From Felixounavirus LF82P5: 64,000 nucleotides of DNA. This document shows, one piece after another, positions 56,653 through 62,676 of this stretch. The stretch lies in the sequence record OZ035800.1; one strand, given 5' to 3'. The position numbers were made by a program, and so were the translations under genes. Numbering within the stretch: the first letter of the stretch is position 1; each line of letters begins with the position of its first letter. Below the pieces are notes generated by a model. The model did not search any database. It was not told where the DNA came from and was given only the letters and a program-made list of their open reading frames with translations.

Positions 56653-58068
56653 ATGAGCGAGTTATTTAAACATGCGCACCTTCATGCAGGTCGAACTGAA
56701 AATGGTGCTGTAAACCATACTTCATCAATGTCTGCTCTGGTAGACTTCTACAAAGCCGCTGGCTCAAGCCGTAGCAATGTAGAAATCTTACCAGACCTGT
56801 TCTACAAAGCTTTGCGTGAGGATGTTGATGTTGCAGTTCGTATTTTACTGCATATGCGAGATGTACGAGAAGGTATGGGTGAGCGTAAAGCTTTCCGAAC
56901 TGTTTTACTTCAAGCGATTGAAGATAAAGTTTTAGAGCCTACACAGGTTCTTCGCATTATGGACAAGATTGCAGAACTTGGTCGTTTTGATGACTTCAAA
57001 ATCTTCGTAGGTACTCGTTTCGAGACAGATGCCTTCAAACATTTAGAAGCAGCATTACTAGACCCTGCAACAGCAGGTTTAGCAGCTAAGTGGTTGCCAC
57101 GAGTAAAACCACGCCACAAACAGTTTGTAAAACGTTTCTGTAAGTTTGCAAACTTAAGTGAGAAGGAGTATCGCACACTGTTATCTGCACTGTCTGATAC
57201 GGTTGAGCAAAAAATCTCTGCGAATGAGTTTGGTAAGATTGACTACAGCAAGATTCCTTCACTCGCTGCTGCACGTTACCAAAAACTCTTTAACCGTAAA
57301 GATGGGGAACGTTACAAAGCTTACATCGAGTCACTCTCAAAAGGTGAGTCTAAGATTAACGCTGGTGCTGTTTACCCATACGATGTGATTAAATCTATTA
57401 AGTATGGTAATGCAGATGTTGCTAATGAGCAGTGGAAAGCACTTCCAAACTGGATGGCAGAAGGTGAAAACATCTTGTGTATGACTGATGTTTCAAGCTC
57501 AATGTCTTGGGTGAATCTTGGCTCAATTACTGCCCTTGATATTGGTGTATCACTTGCCTTATATGTAGCAGAACGCAATACAGGTTGCTTTAAAGATGAG
57601 TTAATGGTCTATTCAACAAACCCTCATTTCATTGAACTGAGTGGTGATTTACGAAACCGTCATCGTCAGGTAATGCGTCATGTTGAATATGGTTCAACTA
57701 ACTTACAAGCAGCTTTTGACCGTATTCTTGAGATAGGTAAGAGAAACAACTTGACTCAGAAAGATATGCCAAGTAAGCTTATCATCTTCTCCGATATGGA
57801 GTTCAATCAGGTTGATGGAGCTAACGGTCGTACAAACTTTGAAGCAATTCAGAGTAAGTACAAAAAAGCTGGATATGAGATGCCACAACTAGTATTCTGG
57901 TACTTAGCAAACCGTAATGGTACTTGCGAAGTGTCTGTTAAGGATAATGGTGTAGCAATGGTATCAGGGTTCTCTCCAGCCACTTTAAAAGCTCTGCTTG
58001 GTGGTGAGAAGTTTGACCCAATCAGCGTAATGCTCAAAGCAGTAATGATTGACCGTTACATCTGGTAA
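56653..58068 (+). CDS. vWA-domain protein with N-terminal helical domain (possibly Ro60/TROVE-like)
   Basis: 471 aa; MIDAS-type DxSxS (MTDVSSSMS) with downstream Thr and LIIFSDMEF; helical N-terminal half; directly upstream of the tRNA array. Confidence 0.45.
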   Translation: MSELFKHAHLHAGRTENGAVNHTSSMSALVDFYKAAGSSRSNVEILPDLFYKALREDVDVAVRILLHMRDVREGMGERKAFRTVLLQAIEDKVLEPTQVLRIMDKIAELGRFDDFKIFVGTRFETDAFKHLEAALLDPATAGLAAKWLPRVKPRHKQFVKRFCKFANLSEKEYRTLLSALSDTVEQKISANEFGKIDYSKIPSLAAARYQKLFNRKDGERYKAYIESLSKGESKINAGAVYPYDVIKSIKYGNADVANEQWKALPNWMAEGENILCMTDVSSSMSWVNLGSITALDIGVSLALYVAERNTGCFKDELMVYSTNPHFIELSGDLRNRHRQVMRHVEYGSTNLQAAFDRILEIGKRNNLTQKDMPSKLIIFSDMEFNQVDGANGRTNFEAIQSKYKKAGYEMPQLVFWYLANRNGTCEVSVKDNGVAMVSGFSPATLKALLGGEKFDPISVMLKAVMIDRYIW

Positions 58069-58086
58069 AAAGTTTTAAAAAGGGTA

Positions 58087-58115
58087 TTGACAATGTGTTT
58101 GATACCCTTTAATAT
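58087..58115 (+). promoter_or_regulatory. sigma70-like promoter for the tRNA array
   Basis: TTGACA-17 nt-TAATAT; the -35 is embedded in the inverted repeat AGGGTAT...ATACCCT. Confidence 0.55.
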
Positions 58116-58233
58116 GTTCTACATAGAAACGAAATGAGAGCTTTTCTAAGATACTGAAAAATATTTTAAAAAAGTTCTTGACAACCACTAAAAAATAATG
58201 TTAAAGTGGTTACATAGAGTTTGAAAAGTTTAT

Positions 58234-58310
58234 CTCTGTTTAGCTCAGCTTGGTAGAGCGTTCCGTTTGGGGCGGTAAGGCCGGAGGTTCAAGTCCTCCA
58301 ACAGAGACCA
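58234..58310 (+). tRNA. tRNA-Pro (anticodon TGG)
   Basis: Hand-folded cloverleaf: acceptor CTCTGTT/AACAGAG, D-stem GCTC/GAGC, anticodon loop TTTGGGG, T-arm GGAGG-TTCAAGT-CCTCC, encoded CCA. Confidence 0.6.
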
Positions 58311-58317
58311 AATTAAT

Positions 58318-58395
58318 GTTCCAGTAGACAAAATGGTAAAGTCACCACTCTTTCAAAGTGGATATTTGAGGGTTCAAATCCCTTCTGGAACGCCA
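58318..58395 (+). tRNA. tRNA-Glu (anticodon TTC)
   Basis: Acceptor GTTCCAG/CTGGAAC, anticodon stem CCACT/AGTGG, loop CTTTCAA, T-loop TTCAAAT, CCA. Confidence 0.65.
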
Positions 58396-58402
58396 GTTTT
58401 GA

Positions 58403-58475
58403 CAGAAGACCAATTGCAGCAAACTTAATCTTATTCATCTGACACGAAATCGGACAAAGAAGAGATTTGGTCTGG
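58403..58475 (+). ncRNA. stem-closed structured element E1 (candidate small RNA)
   Basis: 5' CAGAAGACCAATTGCAGCAA ... 3' TTTGGTCTGG; 7-bp closing stem AGACCAA/TTGGTCT. Confidence 0.35.
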
Positions 58476-58486
58476 TCATTAAGAAT

Positions 58487-58563
58487 TGCGGGTATAGAGA
58501 AAGGGCGTCTCACATGTCTCATTAGCATGGTATCGGCAGGTTCGACTCCTGCACCCGCCTCCA
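58487..58563 (+). tRNA. tRNA-Met (anticodon CAT)
   Basis: Anticodon stem CATGT/GCATG, loop CTCATTA, T-arm GCAGG-TTCGACT-CCTGC; U1-C72 mismatch in the acceptor stem. Confidence 0.55.
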
Positions 58564-58569
58564 ATTTTG

Positions 58570-58629
58570 CAGAAGACCGTATTCAGCAACAAAATACTTT
58601 TTGCGGATAAAAGAAAAAACACGGTCTGG
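58570..58629 (+). ncRNA. stem-closed structured element E2
   Basis: 5' CAGAAGACCGTATTCAGCAA ... 3' CACGGTCTGG; closing stem AGACCG/CGGTCT. Confidence 0.35.
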
Positions 58630-58640
58630 CAATGTATTAA

Positions 58641-58717
58641 GGTTAGGAAGCACATAAGGTATGTGCGGTCGCCTGTTAAGCGAATGGCACAGGGTTCGAA
58701 TCCCTGACTAACCGCCA
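58641..58717 (+). tRNA. tRNA-Asn (anticodon GTT)
   Basis: Acceptor GGTTAGG/ACTAACC, D-stem GCAC/GTGC, loop CTGTTAA, T-arm CAGGG-TTCGAAT-CCCTG, CCA. Confidence 0.6.
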
Positions 58718-58726
58718 AATTTAAAT

Positions 58727-58814
58727 GTGTCGTTATCCCGTAGATGGTAGCGGTGGGGACTGTAAATCCCTTGTCATTGAGACTCGGTAGGTTCGACTCC
58801 TACACGGCACACCA
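58727..58814 (+). tRNA. tRNA-Tyr (anticodon GTA), long variable arm
   Basis: Anticodon stem GGGGA/TCCCT, loop CTGTAAA, 14-nt variable arm, T-arm GTAGG-TTCGACT-CCTAC, CCA. Confidence 0.6.
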
Positions 58815-58820
58815 AATAAA

Positions 58821-58898
58821 GGTTATGTAGTTTAATCTGGTTAAAATACTCCCCTGTCACGGGAGATGATGAGGGTTCAAATCCCTTCGTAACCGCCA
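58821..58898 (+). tRNA. tRNA-Asp (anticodon GTC)
   Basis: Anticodon stem CTCCC/GGGAG, loop CTGTCAC, T-arm GAGGG-TTCAAAT-CCCTT, CCA. Confidence 0.65.
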
Positions 58899-58985
58899 AA
58901 TTATAATAAGTATTTCAAGATGATGTTTTGAGATGGCTATTTAGCCCCTCCCTTAAAGAGTTCTTACGAGTATTCTTTAAAGGAG

Positions 58986-59062
58986 CAGAAGACCAAATTC
59001 AGCAAGTACGTATGATATTTTCAAGCCAATTTAATTTTGAAAAAATTTAAAACTTGGTCTGG
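58986..59062 (+). ncRNA. stem-closed structured element E3
   Basis: 5' CAGAAGACCAAATTCAGCAA ... 3' ACTTGGTCTGG; 7-bp closing stem. Confidence 0.35.
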
Positions 59063-59075
59063 CTCAACAAATTTA

Positions 59076-59207
59076 CAGAAGACCGTTTACAGCAAAACTT
59101 AAACAATCTATTTCTCCGGTAAAGAAAAGGCGAAGGTTCGATTCCTTCACTCGGCAGATGTCGAGTTGGTGTAATGGTAGCACTTAAGATGATAAACAAC
59201 GGTCTGG
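59076..59207 (+). ncRNA. stem-closed element E4 with embedded permuted tRNA-like module (candidate Y-RNA-like RNA)
   Basis: 8-bp closing stem AGACCGTT/AACGGTCT; inner helix CTTAA/TTAAG; T-arm GAAGG-TTCGATT-CCTTC; acceptor-like helix ACTCGGC-AGAT-GTCGAGT capped by a 4-nt loop; D-arm GTGT-AATGGTA-GCAC. Confidence 0.4.
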
Positions 59208-59356
59208 TAATTATCTTTGTAGATAAGTTATTAAGCTTACCTGTGAGTATGCGACCACAAAGGGTGAAAGGGTAAATTCTAGATTTAAACCCAACAAGGC
59301 ACATCGCTACAGACCTTAAGCAAGTCTGGGTAGCTTATCTACAAAGATAATTTAAT

Positions 59357-59432
59357 GGAAGTGTAGCAGAATGGTGATGCGGCAGACTTTTAATCTGACA
59401 GGCGATGGGTTCGAATCCCTCCACTTCTACCA
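59357..59432 (+). tRNA. tRNA-Lys (anticodon TTT)
   Basis: Acceptor GGAAGTG/CACTTCT, anticodon stem CAGA/TCTG, loop CTTTTAA, weak T-stem, CCA. Confidence 0.5.
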
Positions 59433-59436
59433 ATAT

Positions 59437-59513
59437 GGTTCAGTCGCAGATAAGGTAATGCAGGGGTCTCATAAGCCCTATGAATGTGGGTTCGATTCCC
59501 ATCTGAACCTCCA
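59437..59513 (+). tRNA. tRNA-Met or tRNA-Ile2 (anticodon CAT)
   Basis: Acceptor GGTTCAG/CTGAACC, loop CTCATAA, T-arm GTGGG-TTCGATT-CCCAT, CCA. Confidence 0.55.
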
Positions 59514-59514
59514 A

Positions 59515-59590
59515 GCTGGTATAGTTAAGAAGGTTATAACACTCCCCTGATAAGGGAACATCGGTGGTTCGATTCCACCTACCAGTACCA
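59515..59590 (+). tRNA. tRNA-Ile (anticodon GAT)
   Basis: D-stem GTTA/TAAC, loop CTGATAA, T-arm GGTGG-TTCGATT-CCACC, CCA. Confidence 0.6.
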
Positions 59591-59605
59591 ATTTCAATAA
59601 AGTTG

Positions 59606-59634
59606 TTGACATTGAGATGTGACCACTTTATAGT
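59606..59634 (+). promoter_or_regulatory. internal sigma70-like promoter within the tRNA array
   Basis: TTGACA-17 nt-TATAGT. Confidence 0.5.
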
Positions 59635-59837
59635 AACCTTAGTTTTCGTTGCGTAGCGTCTATTTTGCAAATTTAAAATAAATGCAAACGACAATGTTTT
59701 TCTGGCAGTAGCTTGATAGGCTAAACACCAGTGAGGTCTTCCAATCCCTCATCAAAGAATTTGGCGTACTCGCCCACGGTATGATTAATAAGGTGGGCAT
59801 CTTTAAGGGCTTTCTAAGAGAGTCTTTAAAGATTAAT

Positions 59838-59914
59838 GCACCCTTAGTTCAATTGGATAGAGCAACGGTCTTCTAAATCGTTAGTTACAGGTTCGAATCC
59901 TGTAGGGTGTGCCA
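59838..59914 (+). tRNA. tRNA-Arg (anticodon TCT)
   Basis: Acceptor GCACCCT/AGGGTGT, D-stem GTTC/GAGC, loop CTTCTAA, T-arm ACAGG-TTCGAAT-CCTGT, CCA. Confidence 0.65.
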
Positions 59915-60062
59915 AATAGTTAGCAGATTGCTTAGACGACCTTATCGGGTCTCCGTGTAAGGAGGTGGTCTGTATCTCATGTTTTCCAGAACATGTAAAT
60001 AATCTGAGAAGGGGCTTTACAGTGTTGCGAAAATACGGTAAGCTTCGAATTATAGTTTTAAT

Positions 60063-60133
60063 AGGGGTGAGCTATGGCAGCAATAGAGTCTCCAAAATTC
60101 TTGATTAGAGTTCGAATCTCTACACCCCTGCCA
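60063..60133 (+). tRNA. tRNA-like sequence with degenerate anticodon arm (possible pseudogene)
   Basis: Good acceptor AGGGGTG/CACCCCT, D-stem CTAT/ATAG and T-arm TAGAG-TTCGAAT-CTCTA, but no pairable anticodon stem and only about 68 nt. Confidence 0.3.
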
Positions 60134-60147
60134 GAACAGGTGCTTGT

Positions 60148-60552
60148 ATGAAACTTTGTAGAAAATGTTCTCAAGAAAAGCCTTTAAGCTGCTTTCATAA
60201 AAGAGGTAATGGCTATCAGTCTGCTTGCAAAGATTGTAAAGCTAAGTACTCAGCAAAGAGATACAAAGAAGACCCTACTTATAAAGCAAAAAGAAAAGTT
60301 AGGGCGAAATATGACAAAAAGAGGAACAGAGAGTTCCTTAGTAGATATAAAAAGTTTTGCAAATGCAGAATATGTGGCGAATCTGAGCCAGTAGCTTTGG
60401 ATTTTCATCACTTAGACCCTAAAGAGAAAGATTTTGCTCCAAGCAATCTTAAGACTTACTCTAGAGGCACTATTAAGCGTGAAGTCCGTAAGTGTGTTGT
60501 GCTTTGTTCAAACTGTCATAGGAAAGTTCATGCAGGACTGTTAAGTATTTAA
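60148..60552 (+). CDS. HNH endonuclease embedded in the tRNA array
   Basis: 134 aa; Cys-rich zinc-binding N-terminus and HNH core DFHHLDPKEKDF...CSNCHRKVH. Confidence 0.7.
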   Translation: MKLCRKCSQEKPLSCFHKRGNGYQSACKDCKAKYSAKRYKEDPTYKAKRKVRAKYDKKRNREFLSRYKKFCKCRICGESEPVALDFHHLDPKEKDFAPSNLKTYSRGTIKREVRKCVVLCSNCHRKVHAGLLSI

Positions 60553-60565
60553 CAGTCTTATTAGG

Positions 60566-60655
60566 GGTAGGTAGCGGCTAATGGCAGCCAAACAGTCTTG
60601 AAAACTGTTGCCACTGTAGAGATACGGTGAGGGTTCGACTCCTTTACTTACCGCC
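60566..60655 (+). tRNA. tRNA-Ser (anticodon TGA), long variable arm
   Basis: Anticodon stem ACAGT/ACTGT, loop CTTGAAA, roughly 20-nt variable arm, T-arm GAGGG-TTCGACT-CCTTT. Confidence 0.6.
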
Positions 60656-60811
60656 TAATAAGATTTAAAGCCAAGCTTCATTCGGATGTTGCTTTGGTAT
60701 CCCTCGTGTATTGTCGTACACGCACAGTAAAGCACCTAGTAGGTGTCACGGAGAAGAGATAATATCAAGCTCTCCAAAGGTTCTAGTCACCGGATTAAAC
60801 AAGACTATGCA

Positions 60812-60832
60812 AAGACCAAATTAGGTCTTTTT
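60812..60832 (+). terminator. hairpin plus T run inside the tRNA array
   Basis: AGACC-AAATTA-GGTCT followed by TTTTT. Confidence 0.4.
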
Positions 60833-60911
60833 AGAGGGCTTCTAAGGTTATTACAGCTTGTTGTGGAACCTTGTTGCTTAGGTTCTTAGAAGTTCTCTAA
60901 AAAGATTTAAT

Positions 60912-60988
60912 GCACCTATAGCCCAATTGGTAGAGGCAGCAGACTTAGAATCTGCTCAGTGTGAGTTCGAATCTCTCTAGGTGTACCA
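60912..60988 (+). tRNA. tRNA with Leu-type anticodon TAG, short variable arm
   Basis: Acceptor GCACCTA/TAGGTGT, Leu-like D-arm GCC-CAATTGGTAGA-GGC, 6-bp anticodon stem AGCAGA/TCTGCT, loop CTTAGAA, 5-nt variable region. Confidence 0.45.
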
Positions 60989-60995
60989 AATTAAT

Positions 60996-61071
60996 GCAGG
61001 TGTAGCAAAATGGTTATGCGGCTGACTCTTAATCAGTAAGACGATGGGTTCAATTCCCTCCACCTGTACCA
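60996..61071 (+). tRNA. tRNA-Lys (anticodon CTT)
   Basis: Acceptor GCAGGTG/CACCTGT, loop CTCTTAA, same weak T-arm as the other Lys tRNA, CCA. Confidence 0.5.
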
Positions 61072-61077
61072 AACATT

Positions 61078-61153
61078 GGGGTCATAGTTTATATGGTTAA
61101 AATTCGAGTTTTGCAAACTTGGGAACTGAGTTCAATTCTCAGTGACTCCACCA
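61078..61153 (+). tRNA. tRNA-Ala (anticodon TGC)
   Basis: Anticodon stem CGAGT/ACTTG, loop TTTGCAA, T-arm CTGAG-TTCAATT-CTCAG, CCA. Confidence 0.55.
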
Positions 61154-61159
61154 ATTAGT

Positions 61160-61234
61160 GCATCCATAGTTTAAACGGGAAAATTACAGTCTTCCAAACT
61201 GAGGTTGAGGGTTCGATTCCCTCTGGATGCTCCA
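61160..61234 (+). tRNA. tRNA-Gly (anticodon TCC)
   Basis: Acceptor GCATCCA/TGGATGC, loop CTTCCAA, T-arm GAGGG-TTCGATT-CCCTC, CCA. Confidence 0.6.
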
Positions 61235-61241
61235 AATTAAT

Positions 61242-61317
61242 GCTCCTATCGTATAATTGGCTATTACGGTTGCCTTGTAAGCAACTTATCAGGGTTCGAA
61301 TCCTTGTGGGAGCACCA
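61242..61317 (+). tRNA. tRNA-Thr (anticodon TGT)
   Basis: Anticodon stem GTTGC/GCAAC, loop CTTGTAA, T-arm CAGGG-TTCGAAT-CCTTG, CCA. Confidence 0.65.
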
Positions 61318-61321
61318 ATTC

Positions 61322-61408
61322 AGAGGTCAAGTGAAAGACCGCTTTGAGTCAACTGAAGACCGTAACAAATCCCACGGAGTTGAGTTAGCGGCACAACTTC
61401 AGACCTCT
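61322..61408 (+). ncRNA. stem-closed structured element E5
   Basis: Perfect 7-bp closing stem AGAGGTC/GACCTCT enclosing about 73 nt with two AGACCG motifs and internal hairpins; no T-loop. Confidence 0.3.
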
Positions 61409-61413
61409 TTCAT

Positions 61414-61488
61414 ACTCGCTTAGTTTATATGGTAAAACATCACCCTTACAAGATGAAGAAAAAGGTTCAAGTCCTTTAGTGAGTACCA
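61414..61488 (+). tRNA. tRNA-Val (anticodon TAC)
   Basis: D-stem GTTT/AAAC, loop CTTACAA, T-arm AAAGG-TTCAAGT-CCTTT, CCA. Confidence 0.55.
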
Positions 61489-61489
61489 T

Positions 61490-61567
61490 GTTCCAGTATC
61501 CCAATTGGCAGAGGATGCAAGCTCAAACCTTGTACTAGTGACGGTTCGAATCCGTCTTGGAACACCA
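61490..61567 (+). tRNA. tRNA with Leu-type anticodon CAA, short variable arm
   Basis: Leu-like D-arm TCC-CAATTGGCAGA-GGA, anticodon stem GCAAG/CTTGT, loop CTCAAAC, T-arm GACGG-TTCGAAT-CCGTC, CCA. Confidence 0.45.
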
Positions 61568-61572
61568 ATTTT

Positions 61573-61648
61573 GCAGGATTAGTTCAAATGGATAGAGCAA
61601 CAGTCTACGAAGCTGTTAATAGGGGTTCGAATCCCTTATCCTGCGCCA
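61573..61648 (+). tRNA. tRNA-Arg (anticodon ACG)
   Basis: Acceptor GCAGGAT/ATCCTGC, loop CTACGAA, T-arm AGGGG-TTCGAAT-CCCTT, CCA. Confidence 0.6.
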
Positions 61649-61667
61649 ATTTAAAGAGGCTATTTAG

Positions 61668-62225
61668 ATGAGATATTTGAAGTATGCTTCATGGATTTTC
61701 TTAGCTTTGTTAGAGCCATTTGCAGCAATCTTAGCAGTTATCTTAGCACCTTTCGTAGTTCCATTCTACAGTGAGAAGAAAGGACATCTCCCTTTTGGAT
61801 TCAGATGGATGGAGACATATGACAACCAAATTGATGGTGATAAAGGTCATGTCGAACGATGGGCTAAGATTAGAAAGATTGGTAAGCTTGGTGTCTATAT
61901 GCAGAGAGTTGGTTGGCTCTGGAGAAACAAAGCTTATAACTTCTCTTACCATGTGTTAGGAAGAGATGTAAAAGATGTTACTAAGTGGAAAGGCAATATC
62001 AATGTAAGTTCTAACCCTGAAGATAATCAGACAGGTTATCTCCTAATGTGGAACAGTAATGCTTGGGGATTATTCGCTTTTGTACCATCAATTAAAATCT
62101 TTGGTAAACAATTCTACTGGAGAATTTATGTTGGGTGGAAACTTAAAAGTGTTGTCCCAGAAGAAAGGGCATTCTCAAGGGAAAGAGTTATGTTGGCATT
62201 CTTTATTCATCCACTAAGAAAATAA
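61668..62225 (+). CDS. membrane protein of unknown function embedded in the tRNA array
   Basis: 185 aa with AGAGG Shine-Dalgarno; hydrophobic N-terminus (WIFLALLEPFAAILAVILAPFVVPF). Confidence 0.5.
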   Translation: MRYLKYASWIFLALLEPFAAILAVILAPFVVPFYSEKKGHLPFGFRWMETYDNQIDGDKGHVERWAKIRKIGKLGVYMQRVGWLWRNKAYNFSYHVLGRDVKDVTKWKGNINVSSNPEDNQTGYLLMWNSNAWGLFAFVPSIKIFGKQFYWRIYVGWKLKSVVPEERAFSRERVMLAFFIHPLRK

Positions 62226-62233
62226 AGATTTAA

Positions 62234-62309
62234 AGGGGATTAGTTTACAAGGTTAAAACCTCGGTCTTTGAAATCGAAGAAGTTGGTTCAATTCCAACAT
62301 CCCCCGCCA
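62234..62309 (+). tRNA. tRNA-Gln (anticodon TTG)
   Basis: D-stem GTTT/AAAC, anticodon stem TCGGT/ATCGA, loop CTTTGAA, T-arm GTTGG-TTCAATT-CCAAC, CCA. Confidence 0.55.
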
Positions 62310-62311
62310 AT

Positions 62312-62390
62312 GCTCCATTACTCCAATTGGCAGAGAGGCCAGACTTAAAATCTGTGTTATGTATCGGTTCGAATCCGATATGGAGTACCA
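62312..62390 (+). tRNA. tRNA with Leu-type anticodon TAA, short variable arm
   Basis: Leu-like D-arm CTC-CAATTGGCAGA-GAG, anticodon stem CAGA/TCTG, loop CTTAAAA, T-arm ATCGG-TTCGAAT-CCGAT, CCA. Confidence 0.45.
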
Positions 62391-62395
62391 AATTT

Positions 62396-62471
62396 AGCGG
62401 TATAGCATAACTGGCAATGCAACAGTCTCTGAAGCTGTCTTATTAAGGTTCAAATCCTTATGCCGCTGCCA
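62396..62471 (+). tRNA. tRNA-Gln (anticodon CTG)
   Basis: D-stem GCAT/ATGC, anticodon stem ACAGT/GCTGT, loop CTCTGAA, T-arm TAAGG-TTCAAAT-CCTTA, CCA. Confidence 0.55.
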
Positions 62472-62502
62472 CTTCTAAGGGTTCTTACGAGAGTCCTTAA
62501 AT

Positions 62503-62578
62503 GTGGCCTTATCATAAATGGTAATGACCCATGCTGTGAACATGGTCTATACGGGTTCAAATCCCGTAGGTCACCCCA
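62503..62578 (+). tRNA. tRNA-His (anticodon GTG)
   Basis: Anticodon stem CCATG/CATGG, loop CTGTGAA, T-arm ACGGG-TTCAAAT-CCCGT, CCA. Confidence 0.6.
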
Positions 62579-62583
62579 ATTTA

Positions 62584-62658
62584 TAGTCCAAGTAGCTTAT
62601 ATGGTTAAAGCGCGTGTCTGAAAAACATGAGAAGAGGGTTCAAATCCCACTGGACTAC
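62584..62658 (+). tRNA. tRNA-Phe (anticodon GAA)
   Basis: Perfect acceptor TAGTCCA/TGGACTA, loop CTGAAAA, T-loop TTCAAAT; D-arm register uncertain. Confidence 0.45.
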
Positions 62659-62676
62659 CAATTTCAAAGGTGCTTA

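Noticed and set aside
58487-58563. Initiator tRNA-fMet assignment for the first CAT tRNA
   Set aside because: The 1:72 mismatch fits an initiator, but the anticodon stem lacks the three consecutive G-C pairs typical of initiator tRNAs, so it is left as tRNA-Met (CAT)
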